Assembly: GCA_047495785.1 (NCBI GenBank)
Contig: JBLDXI010000023.1
Span: 1,054,001 to 1,118,000 of the forward strand
DNA from: Lepidodermella squamata
Lineage: Eukaryota > Animalia > Gastrotricha
Direction: 5' to 3'
DNA: 64,000 nt
Shown here one piece after another: positions 9,780 to 19,790 of the stretch (positions within the stretch are counted from its first letter, which is position 1; every line of letters begins with the position of its first letter). The notes beneath the pieces were generated by a model, which saw only the letters and a list, made by a program, of their open reading frames with translations, did no database searches and was not told where the DNA came from. The position numbers were made by a program, and so were the translations under genes.

Positions 9780-10526
9780 CTAGATTATATCTATACCTAT
9801 CCCCCATCTATTTTCCACAAAGTAAATCTCGTTTCCTTCTTGATTAGTAAGCCAAATTCGAATATTTTGCGTATTCGCGTTTGTGCACATTAGGAACCTT
9901 TTCTCGTTCGGAATGTAGTTGACGTGTTCCCCAAATTTTTTGTTGATAGGGCATGTAAAAATCACCGTGTTGTATTCGGGGATTACGCTATTATTAACCA
10001 CGGAACAATGAACAAACATTGTATCCAACCCCATAGTCACATCAGGGACGTTTTGGGAATTGAAATCGCGCTCATATGAGCCTATGTTGACCCCGAGAAA
10101 CCGGGCCATAGCTTCAGTTTCTACTATCAAAGAATAATTTTCTAAAATCCTCACACTTACGCAACTGAAAACGGTGTTGACACTTATATTTATGCCAAAA
10201 ATGTCTATTCCTTTCACGCTGTCAACAGTGAAATGGCCGTTCAACTTCATCTGAAAATGCAGGTAATTGTTAAAATCTTGAAAGGTGTAAGTCCCATCGG
10301 GGAAAACTACTTCATAAATGTCGTCATTTAGCGAGTATTCCAATATATTATTACCATAACGAGCAGAAACGTTGTGAAACGTATCGCTGAAATGAATATA
10401 ACTAACTGCAATTCGCCTTGCAGTGAAGTCTATTTTATCATTGAGGTATCGGTCGATGGTGTTATTTCGAGAACTTCGATTATTTGAAAGATACTCTAGT
10501 GGTAAGAAAATTGGGCTCAGACTCAT
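9780..10526 (-). CDS. Minor capsid protein (penton, single jelly-roll)
   Basis: FPDGTYTFQDFNNYL, MFVHCSVVNNS and NIRIWLTNQEGNEIYF motifs characteristic of Polinton/virophage minor capsid proteins. Confidence 0.85.
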   Translation of the reverse strand: MSLSPIFLPLEYLSNNRSSRNNTIDRYLNDKIDFTARRIAVSYIHFSDTFHNVSARYGNNILEYSLNDDIYEVVFPDGTYTFQDFNNYLHFQMKLNGHFTVDSVKGIDIFGINISVNTVFSCVSVRILENYSLIVETEAMARFLGVNIGSYERDFNSQNVPDVTMGLDTMFVHCSVVNNSVIPEYNTVIFTCPINKKFGEHVNYIPNEKRFLMCTNANTQNIRIWLTNQEGNEIYFVENRWGIGIDII

Positions 10527-10550
10527 TTTTATTTGAAACTAGATAATTCC

Positions 10551-11714
10551 CTATATGCTGCACACAGTTTTATATTCTGCCTTCGTTATTTTACCATGCT
10601 TCAGCAACAAGTCCGCAATAGAAACCAATTCGTTCCTAATTGCTTCATTGTTATTACCTGCTCTAATTTCTCCCAAACAGTGCAGCATTCGCCTTTGCGC
10701 ATCCTGCAATGTCACAAAAGGCGCAGAACCAGACTGGTTAGGAATTACGAGTTCAGATTTTACGCCGGAGTGAGGTTTCGGTTGGTATCCGGTCCTGCGA
10801 CAAATGTCTTGAAAATGAGACAAATCTTCTTGGGTGTATTTGTACTTTTTCGGTTCATATCGCTTCAAAATGAGATTTCTCACGCCATCAGAAATTTGCT
10901 CATCAAACACTCTGCTTTTATTCTTTTTCCTGATGCGAAGCCACCCATCATGTAAATCTTCCTTGCGCACGTAAAATCGCCCAAACTTCTGGAGATTTTT
11001 TGGGGTTGGTTTGGTGAAACCCTCACCTGAATGTTTGCTTTTTAATTTTTCGCGATAGTCCCTCAGAACTGCAATGTCGCGCTTAATTCTATTATAGTCA
11101 TCTGAATCTCTTTTCCCTGCTCGAGTCAGATTAGAGAGCTTAACTCCTAAGACCTGCCTGTTATAAGTGGCCAAACTTACCACGGCTTCTTCTAGGTCCT
11201 CTTGTTTAATTTGATCAATTGTAGGGAAATTATGCTGACGGATGACAGCGTTCATTTCTTCTGTGTCATATGTCCCTTCTTGAGCATCCTCATTCTCCCT
11301 CGATGAGTCAGAATCAGAATCTTTTTCACTTTCATCAGTTTCTGAATTTCGCGAAGAGGCTAACCTACTTTTTTCAGGGCTCTCATACTCAAGCTTAGGG
11401 ATTTTCAACGCTACAGGAGATGCGGAGGCAGAGATAGATGGAGTGCTGTGCTTAACTATTGGTGGTTTCTTTTTAACAACTAATTCCTTGATCGAATTTT
11501 GCAAATTACGTATTGCATCGGTGGTTGGTCGTTGGTTGATAGCTGTTTGAATGGCTGTTAGTGGACTGGGTTCGGTTTCCACCCCAAATTTGTGCTTGAG
11601 CGCATAAGAATCGCGACTTGCAAGCGCGAGGTTTTTATCATACAACTTCTCTTCTCTATCTAATTGCTCCAAAATTTTTATTTGTTCGGTGATTGAGAGT
11701 TCTTTGATCGGCAT
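10551..11714 (-). CDS. Conserved Polinton protein of unknown function (probable core protein)
   Basis: 387-aa intact ORF with an acidic/Ser low-complexity middle, an HSGEG|F site, and C-terminal LGEIRAGNNNEAIRNELVSIADLLLKHGKI of the kind seen in Polinton ORFs. Confidence 0.6.
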   Translation of the reverse strand: MPIKELSITEQIKILEQLDREEKLYDKNLALASRDSYALKHKFGVETEPSPLTAIQTAINQRPTTDAIRNLQNSIKELVVKKKPPIVKHSTPSISASASPVALKIPKLEYESPEKSRLASSRNSETDESEKDSDSDSSRENEDAQEGTYDTEEMNAVIRQHNFPTIDQIKQEDLEEAVVSLATYNRQVLGVKLSNLTRAGKRDSDDYNRIKRDIAVLRDYREKLKSKHSGEGFTKPTPKNLQKFGRFYVRKEDLHDGWLRIRKKNKSRVFDEQISDGVRNLILKRYEPKKYKYTQEDLSHFQDICRRTGYQPKPHSGVKSELVIPNQSGSAPFVTLQDAQRRMLHCLGEIRAGNNNEAIRNELVSIADLLLKHGKITKAEYKTVCSI

Positions 11715-11736
11715 TTGAATTACGACTAGATTTTAC

Positions 11737-12447
11737 TTACCGAGGTTCACCGTAAAATATTCCTGTATAATTTGCCCTTAGTTTCAACGACTTGTGTTTT
11801 ATTACGCTGTCAATAATAAAAGACCCATGATTTTTATACGACGAAACGCTCAGTTCGTACTTTTTCATGAATTCATCCTTTCCGATTTCTCCAGCGTGAA
11901 TTCTGTGAATTGCCTGAAGTTCCCGCCCGTCAGTCAGCTTTTTCAAAACGATAAACTGCGCATTGTCACGAATTATTTTGGGAATTTTAAAATATGACTG
12001 GCTCAAGTATGCCACGGAGCAATTGTACTTTCGTGACCTAATAAACAAATCGCCAATGTATTTCTCTTGGCTCTTAGCATTTTCCAGGCAAATATCATCA
12101 AAGACATACAAGTGCTGATACTTCTTGTCGAGCTTATCAAGGGGCATGACATCCGCTATATCTGTGGAAAAGTGAATAAGTGACTCGTTTATTCCTTTCA
12201 TTTCCAACTCGGCTTCTTTAGCTTTCTGCAAATTTATCAAGAACTGGTATTTGTCTTCATCCAAAGTTTTAGAGTAAATGAACAGCTTATGAAAAACCGA
12301 ATTATGAATGATATTGAGCAAATCATTAGTTTTACCGGTATTGCTTGGACCGATAATAATTGCTCGGAAACAATGCTGCGGGAAAAAAGGAGAGATATTT
12401 AACGGCGAAGACTCGCTTTTTGGGATTATTGAATCAAAATTGATCAT
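11737..12447 (-). CDS. A32-like (FtsK/HerA) genome-packaging ATPase
   Basis: Walker A GPSNTGKT, Walker B LYVFDD, plus RKYNCSVAYLSQ and IRDN motifs. Confidence 0.93.
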   Translation of the reverse strand: MINFDSIIPKSESSPLNISPFFPQHCFRAIIIGPSNTGKTNDLLNIIHNSVFHKLFIYSKTLDEDKYQFLINLQKAKEAELEMKGINESLIHFSTDIADVMPLDKLDKKYQHLYVFDDICLENAKSQEKYIGDLFIRSRKYNCSVAYLSQSYFKIPKIIRDNAQFIVLKKLTDGRELQAIHRIHAGEIGKDEFMKKYELSVSSYKNHGSFIIDSVIKHKSLKLRANYTGIFYGEPR

Positions 12448-12457
12448 TTACATTCCA

Positions 12458-12473
12458 ATTAGAAATTTCTAAT
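12458..12473. promoter_or_regulatory. Perfect 16-bp palindrome ATTAGAAATTTCTAAT: putative bidirectional late promoter
   Basis: Sits in the 46-bp gap between the divergent ATPase and PLA2-integrase ORFs and presents TCTAAT on each strand towards each ATG. Confidence 0.65.
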
Positions 12474-12493
12474 GCTGTTATAAACATTGTGAA

Positions 12494-14053
12494 ATGTTCG
12501 ACGGAATTATCAATAACTTGCCGGTAGAATTACATCTCCCCTCTTACCCGGTCAAAGGCGAATATCGTCCCCACGGATCATTCAACAACACGCAGAAGTA
12601 TAGTTACGCTGGACCAGGTACAAATTTCGTCCAGCGAATGAAGGAAGGATATGAAGGCATCAATGATCTGGACAAGGCAGCTAAAATTCATGACTATTAC
12701 TATTGGAAATACAAAGATCGAGAAATGCGGACGAGAGCAGACAGACTTCTAGCCGATGAAGCGTTTAAGATAGCCAACGACAATTCGAAAAGCGGATACG
12801 AGAGAGCCATGGCGGCGTTCGTATACAAAACCTTCCACGAAGGAGGCCTAGCCGATAAATTCCATGGAGGTCGAATGCCTACAGGATACGAGCTTTCCGC
12901 TGGGAAATGCGATTTCCATGGCGAGGGATACGAATTGCGGCAACGAAAGCCTGTGGATTATACTGCAACAAAATATATCGACGAAGTTTCAAAACCGAAA
13001 AGACAGCAGAAGAAGTCAGCAGGAAACGCTGAAAAACTCAAGCCTCAATTCGATAAGGAAAGCACGATAGAGAAGATGAATAGCGGAACGAGCAAAGTGA
13101 ATTTTCCCATTTTAGCTGATGAGTTACACAAACCGGCTAGAAAGAGATTCCCGCGGCGCAGAGTAATTATTCACGATGTGGATGAAACATGGGGTATGGA
13201 TCTGTGCTTCATGAATGATCTAGCTGATGACAACGAAGGCTATAAATACCTATTAACTGTTATTGATTGCTTTTCCAAATATGCGTGGGCTGTGCCGTTG
13301 AAAACTAAAGACGCTAAAACTGTATTTGATGCTTTCACAACTATCATCAACAAGAGTAAAAGAAAACCGAAGAATATTTGGGTTGATGAAGGTAGTGAAT
13401 TCTACAACTCAACTTTCACCAAATGGCTAAAAGCAAACAATGTCATCAGGTATTCAACGTATGAAAACTCCCATAACCCAATCATAGAGCGATTTAATAG
13501 AACACTGAAAACAATGATGTGGAAGAGGTTTACTCTTGAAAATACTCGAAAGTGGATCGATATGATAGATTCCTTAGTAGATGAATATAACAATAAGAAA
13601 CATAGATCCATTAATATGACCCCATCCGAAGCAGTGAATCCGATCAATAAAGATAGAGTATTACGAAGTCTCTACCCTAACCCCCCACCAAAATTGAAAA
13701 AACCAAAATTTAAGCTAAACGACATTGTCAGGATTAGTAGAATTGAAGAACTTTTTGAAAAGGGTTTTCATCCTAATGGGTCTGAAGAGTTGTTAAGAAT
13801 AGTGAAGATCAATGATACATACCCTAGAACGTATAAATTGAGAGCATTAGATGGCGAGGAAGTAGTCGGAAGTTTCTATGAGCAAGAGCTATTGAAATCT
13901 AAAATAAGCGAAAATGATTTATACGACAGCAGCATTCACCGCGTTGAGAAGATATTACAAAAGAAAACGGTCAAAGGTAAGGAAATGGTGTTAATTAAAT
14001 GGGCGGGCTATGATCATCCCACGTGGGAGAAAGCCGAAAATCTTATAGATTGA
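12494..14053 (+). CDS. int: Fusion protein: parvovirus-VP1u-type phospholipase A2 + retroviral-type (rve) integrase + chromodomain
   Basis: PLA2: YAGPG loop and INDLDKAAKIHDYYY. Integrase D-D-E: WGMDL, WVDEGSEF, IERFNRTLK. Chromodomain: VEKILQKK...LIKWAGYDHPTWEKAENL. Confidence 0.93.
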   Translation: MFDGIINNLPVELHLPSYPVKGEYRPHGSFNNTQKYSYAGPGTNFVQRMKEGYEGINDLDKAAKIHDYYYWKYKDREMRTRADRLLADEAFKIANDNSKSGYERAMAAFVYKTFHEGGLADKFHGGRMPTGYELSAGKCDFHGEGYELRQRKPVDYTATKYIDEVSKPKRQQKKSAGNAEKLKPQFDKESTIEKMNSGTSKVNFPILADELHKPARKRFPRRRVIIHDVDETWGMDLCFMNDLADDNEGYKYLLTVIDCFSKYAWAVPLKTKDAKTVFDAFTTIINKSKRKPKNIWVDEGSEFYNSTFTKWLKANNVIRYSTYENSHNPIIERFNRTLKTMMWKRFTLENTRKWIDMIDSLVDEYNNKKHRSINMTPSEAVNPINKDRVLRSLYPNPPPKLKKPKFKLNDIVRISRIEELFEKGFHPNGSEELLRIVKINDTYPRTYKLRALDGEEVVGSFYEQELLKSKISENDLYDSSIHRVEKILQKKTVKGKEMVLIKWAGYDHPTWEKAENLID

Positions 14054-14077
14054 TGAGTAATTCATTCGTCTCTTGTG

Positions 14078-14350
14078 TTATTTATTATGTGTACGTATTT
14101 TGAAGTGAGAACAATTTTTCAATTTGTTCGTAATAATGTTACCGACAATTTCCTCCAATTGGTTCTCGGAAATAACCAACAATTTCTCTGTCGTGTTAAG
14201 CAGCATATCACTCAATTTCGCCATGTTTGATATTTCTCGCCAATACTTTTTACAACTGTTTTTATGAACCTCCTTATATGCTGATATCCTTTCTTCCTCC
14301 GTCAAATATTTTTTAGGTCTACCTCTCAGCTTCTTATTGTTTGAATCCAT
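14078..14350 (-). CDS. Small basic DNA-binding protein (AT-hook RGRP plus basic helix)
   Basis: KKLRGRPKKYLTEEER; divergent from polB, with a TATATATAAG upstream. Confidence 0.55.
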   Translation of the reverse strand: MDSNNKKLRGRPKKYLTEEERISAYKEVHKNSCKKYWREISNMAKLSDMLLNTTEKLLVISENQLEEIVGNIITNKLKNCSHFKIRTHNK

Positions 14351-14453
14351 TCTGAATTTTCTTATATATACATTATAAAGAGAAAATAATTTTAAGCTTT
14401 ACCAGGGAGAATTTTACTTAAAGAAATATTTTCTTAGTATAATATATATAACA

Positions 14454-17400
14454 ATGAGTAACGAAAATTCGAGCATAGTTGGTCCGAAGGGTTTCCCCAT
14501 TAAAAAAGGTGGAAAAGCCTATAAACAGTATATTAAAGACGGTTTTTCATACGACGAAACGAGTGGTAAATGGTATAAAAATGGACATCCATATGTTCAA
14601 CATGTTTTAAATCCCGAAAATAGAAAGTTGATCCCTGTTAATGGTGACATATTCAACCAGCTTGTAAATGACAATTACGTGTACGAAAAGTATAGAAACC
14701 AGCTAAAGAAAGTAACAGTTTTAAACAATAGAAAGATAGAAGTTGGATCAAGGGAATTCCTCAAGTTAGTTCGAAATACGCACGCTTACGATTCTAAAAA
14801 TAACATACTAACGAAATACAATAGTAGAATCAGAGATGGTTACGTATTCGATCCGATTACAGGGAAGCCTATCGTGATTGGAGGAGATAGATATGAAAGC
14901 TTGAGAAGACAAGGGTATGCAATAAAGGATGATTCGAATAAGATGTGCAAAAGACAAGAAAAAGCCGGTTTCGTTGTCAACCCCAAAACAATGAATAAAA
15001 TCAAAATTAATGGGGATAAATTCAATCAACTGATTGCTGATGGATATAAATACGTTCAAAAAACCAATAGCTTGGAAAAAGATGATTACTTTCATATAGT
15101 TAAAATTGATGACTTTGGTCATTTCAAAAATATTCTCAGTCGCACGGACATAGAGCCAACAAATAATTGTGAAATAGATTTTTACGAATATGCAAAGAAA
15201 ATCAAGCCCAAGGTTATTAACGAGTATCGAAAACTAATTAACCAGCGCGGCCCAGTAAGAGCAGTGCTGTATACATCACTTTACTACCAAGAGAATAACG
15301 GCGTTCCAACATACCAATGGAGCTCATCGAATGAGAAAGCTCCAACAATTATAAATCATGACGATATTCCTGGTATTGTAGATAATATGTTCGCACAAAT
15401 GGGTTCGAGCATTCAAGAGTATCATCAACGAGAGACAGGTGGGACGCTGATAGGAATTGGAAATACAAGTGTATGCACGTTTACATACAAGCCGTTGGCA
15501 GCAGGTTCTTACATAGAGACGCCGAAATGGATTGCGAATAAAAAAGCAGTCATTAACGTTCAAAACAAATCAGATAAATGTATCGTATGGAGCATTCTCG
15601 CTTCGCGGCATCAATTTGAAGATCATGCATATCGGGTTTCTAAATATATGAACTTTGAAAACACAATTAATACCGACGGAATCATATTCCCAATCAGCAT
15701 AAAAGACATATCGAAATTGGAAGATTTGAAGAAAATACGCATCAATATTATTGAATGCGGGAAAATCGACAAGGAGGTCCTCTTCCCGTTTTACGTTTCA
15801 GATAAGAAATTTCAAGAAGAAGTAAATCTTCTCAGAATTGTTGAGAACAAGCAAGCACATTACTGCTGGATAAAGAATCCTAGTGCACTGTTGGCAGGAG
15901 TTAACAAGCATGAGCATAAGCGATTCTGGTGTTTCAGATGCTTTCAGGGTTTTAATAGCGATGAATCCAGGCAGCATCATGTCAATGAAAAGAAGTGCAA
16001 TGAGAAAGATGGAAAAGTGAAAGTTGAAATGCCTAAGGGTGAATCGGTTACTTTTAAAAATTACGCCAAGCAGTTGAAAATCCCTTTTGCATTTTATTGT
16101 GACGCAGAGAGTTTTCTCGTGAAGACTAATCAGAAAAAGGGTGCCAGCTCCACTATTTATCAAAAACATGAAGCAAACTCTTTCGGTGTTTACCTTTCAA
16201 GTGATGTCGAGGGCATTAACTCGAGGTATAAAACATTCGAGGGCGAGAAATGCACCGAAGAATTTTTTCAAATATCTGATGAAACAGGAATCCTACTTGA
16301 CTTCATATCTGAGGAATACTAATAAAGCAATGACGCTGACAGGGCAGCAAAAAAAAAGAATATAACAAAGCTTCACAATGCCATATTTGTAAAGGAGCTT
16401 TTGCAGATGAGTCAGAAAAATAAAAAAAAGTGAGAGATCATGATCATTTGACAGGCTATTACAGAGGCGCAGCTCATAGTTTCTGCAATTTGAAATACAG
16501 CTATAGAAATGTCAATATTCCAGTAGTATTTCATAATTTGAAAGGTTATGATGCACATTTGATTTTACAAGCAGCAGGAAAGGTAATAGAAGAAATTAAT
16601 AATAAAAGAATATCAGAATGGGAGCAGAAATCTCATGTGAAGAAACGTTTGTTACAGATAGGAGCCATCGCAAATAGTTCTGAGAAATACATCTCTTTCA
16701 GCATTGGCCGATTGAGGTTCATAGACAGCCTCAACTTCATGCCGGTAAGTTTAGCTGATTTGGTACAGAATTTGAAAAAATCGAACGGTGGGTTCCCTCA
16801 TCTGAATAGCCAATTTCCGCGGCTAACAGATTTACAACTTGACCTGATAAAGCAGAAGGGATTCTATCCGTATGAATATATAGATGGTCCTGAAAAACTG
16901 GAGGAGCCTTCACTGCCTGATATGGAACATTTCTCTACCAGTCTCCACTCGAGTTCGATTGATGGGAAATCAGGGCGAGTACCAATATCACAGGAAGATT
17001 ATGAACATGCTAAACGCGTGTATAAAGAATTTCAATGTCGAAAATTCAAAGACTATCATAGCCTTTATTTGAAAACCGATGTTTTACTCTTAGCCGACTG
17101 TTTCGAGAGCTTCAGAGATACATGTATGAAGTATTACACATTGGACCCTGCTCATTATTTAACAGCGCCAAGTTTGTCGTGGGATGCTATGTTGAAGAAA
17201 ACTGGTGTTCGAATTGAACTATTGGAGAATGAAGATATGTTAACATTTGTAGAGGAGGGAATTCGTGGCGGGGTCAGCATAATCACTCATAGATACGCTG
17301 GAGCGAATAACAAATACATGGTTGAATATGACCCATCGAAGCCGGACTCGTATATTTTATACCTGGATGCAAATAATCTGTATGGCTATGCCATGTCGCA

Positions 17401-18679
17401 AGCCTTGCCATTAGGTCGTTACAAATGGGAAAAGAACTTGGATAAATATACCACAGATTTTATATTGAATTTAGGTGATGACGATGATACGGGATATATA
17501 TTAATGTTAGATTTAGAATATCCTAATACCTTACATGATATGCATAATGATTATCCATTTTGTCCCGAACAAACATTTTGCGAACCCAGTCCGTACATGC
17601 AAACTGTCATGCAGAATTTGAATTTATCAAAACCGCCATCTATAACAAAACTGACTCAAAATCTCAATGATAAGACAAACTACGTCATTCATTATCGAAA
17701 TCTGAGGCAGGCTCTGGAGAATGGTTTGATTTTGAAGAAAGTGCATAAGGTTCTAAGCTTCAGCCAATCGAAATGGTTGGCACCTTATATTGATTTCAAT
17801 ACGAAAAAGAGAAGTGAAGCTAGGAATGATTTTGAGAAAGATTTCTTCAAGCTGCTGAATAATGCAGTTTTTGGAAAGACCATGGAGAACCTTAGAAAAA
17901 GAGTAGACATCAGACTCGTTACTCAGCCCACAAAATTACAAAAACTGATAAACAAGCCAAATTTCAAAGATGCCAAAGTTATTGCCGAAGACTTATGCAG
18001 TGTAAATATGGCTAAGACATCTATTAAATTCGATCGCCCGATTATCGTAGGTTTCAGCGTTTTAGAATTGTCGAAGACATTGATGTATGACTTTCATTAC
18101 AATGTGATCAAGAAAAAATATGGTGACAGGGCGAAGCTGTTATTCACAGACACAGATTCTTTATGTTATCATGTCCAAGCTGAGGATATATATAAGGATA
18201 TAGAAAGTTATAAAGAGGTGATGGACTTTAGCGACCACCCTAAGGACCATGCATTACATTCAAACGTTAACAAGAAAGTTATTGGTAAGTTCAAAGACGA
18301 ATGTGCGGGAGGTATAACACTCTCTACTATTACTGAGTTCGTCGGCTTGAGATCGAAATCCTACAGCTTCAAATCTGAAGTAATTTCAACGAGTGGAGAA
18401 AATACAGAACTCCACAAGGAGACATCGGTAAAGAAAGCTAAGGGTGTCGTTAAACATTGCGTAAAAAAGCAAATACACTTTGAAAATTATAAAAATTGTG
18501 TTTTGAAGCATGTATTAACAAAAGCTACATTCAATCAAATCCGATCCTTCAATCATAAGCTAGTAACTATGCAAAGTACAAAACTCGCTCTGTGCCCATA
18601 CGATGACAAACGATGGGTGTGTGATGATGGTGTAACAACGCTTGCTCATGGTCATTATAAGTCGAAAAATGTACATTGA
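14454..18679 (+). CDS. polB: Protein-primed family B DNA polymerase (N-terminal repeats/terminal protein, vOTU-like domain, Zn finger, exonuclease with EndoVII-like insert, polymerase); interrupted by lesions at 16263-16430
   Basis: ExoI YCDAES, CHIC...RDHDHLTGYYRGAAHSFCNL, FHNLKGYD, YLDANNLYGYAM, KLLNNAVFGKT, FTDTDS. Two +1 shifts (T6 at 16263-16268, A9 at 16349-16357) and a TAA inside A-runs at 16421. Confidence 0.95.
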
Positions 18680-18844
18680 TAGATCTGCACTGGGAGGTAC
18701 TGCTGAATCAGCCGGTGGAGCGGTCGATAGACTGCTATGTAATGTAGTCAAGTAAGCAAATATTTGTATGACCTGGAATGAACTCAAGAATATGTCGAAA
18801 TCCAAGAAGTCAAATATCATACCGCGATTTCATTGATTTTATTG

Positions 18845-19270
18845 GATTTTTCAACGACCTACGTTGTGGTTGAAAAATTGTCCAAATCTCACGAGTCATA
18901 TGTCATTTGAAAGCCAGTAAAGTACTGATTAAAAAATTGGGAGTGGAATTTCAAGTTTCGCGGGCGTGAACAAAATTTTTGGCACTCAAAACCTGTCAAA
19001 ATAGGCTTTCTGATGGCGTTTTGCGAATTTTCAACGACCTATGTTGAAGACGAAAGTTTGTGCAAATCCCATGAATCATATATCATTGGAAAGCCTGTAG
19101 TTTGTATATTGGTTTGAGTCGAGTGGATTTTTGATTTTCGTATGTTTTTAAAAAAAATGTACGTGATGAAAAAACCACTATTTTTATGATTTTTCGATTT
19201 TTTAACGACTTGAAAGAAAGACGAACATGTTTACGAATCCGTTGAGTCATATATCATTAGAAAGCAAGTA
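18845..19270. repeat. Three degenerate ~170-180-bp direct repeats
   Basis: t(c/t)aacgac...gagtcatatatcatt-gaaagc blocks start at ~18851, ~19031 and ~19202. Confidence 0.6.
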
Positions 19271-19790
19271 ATTAGAGCTGTTATACCTAATCGGCTGTTG
19301 GAGCGGTTGATAGACGGTAATACTATTGGTTCCGAGCTGGTGGTTGCTTACAGCCTAAGTATTAAGCAATATCCGAGCAGCTTTTTTCGCTCCAAACAGT
19401 AAATCTTTATCTCGTGCCTCATCAGCCGGAAAGAGTATTTGCAGTGACGTTACCCTGATCTCAAATTCGCAGCTGCAGTGTTAATCCTGTCGACGTATAT
19501 TATTAACGTGAAAAATTGAGGATGATCAATGCAATCGAATGAAACACAAAAACTGTAACGTGAAAATTTTATTCTCCTACTAATTTGATCAAAGAGAAAT
19601 CAGTAACCTTAATAAAAAGCTAATGATTCTTGAATACGAATATGTACAATATTGGAGAGAATATTATGTATGAGCTATTGCATATCATTATCAAACACAA
19701 CGTGGAGTCATCTTCTAGCGACTCATTATAAAATAACGTTGCAATAAGAATGGAAGCGGACCGAAACAGCAAAAACGTAAGACATCGTTC

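Noticed and set aside
16263-16430. Programmed ribosomal frameshifting in polB
   Set aside because: It would need two shifts plus a stop bypass within 170 nt; homopolymer error or decay is simpler.
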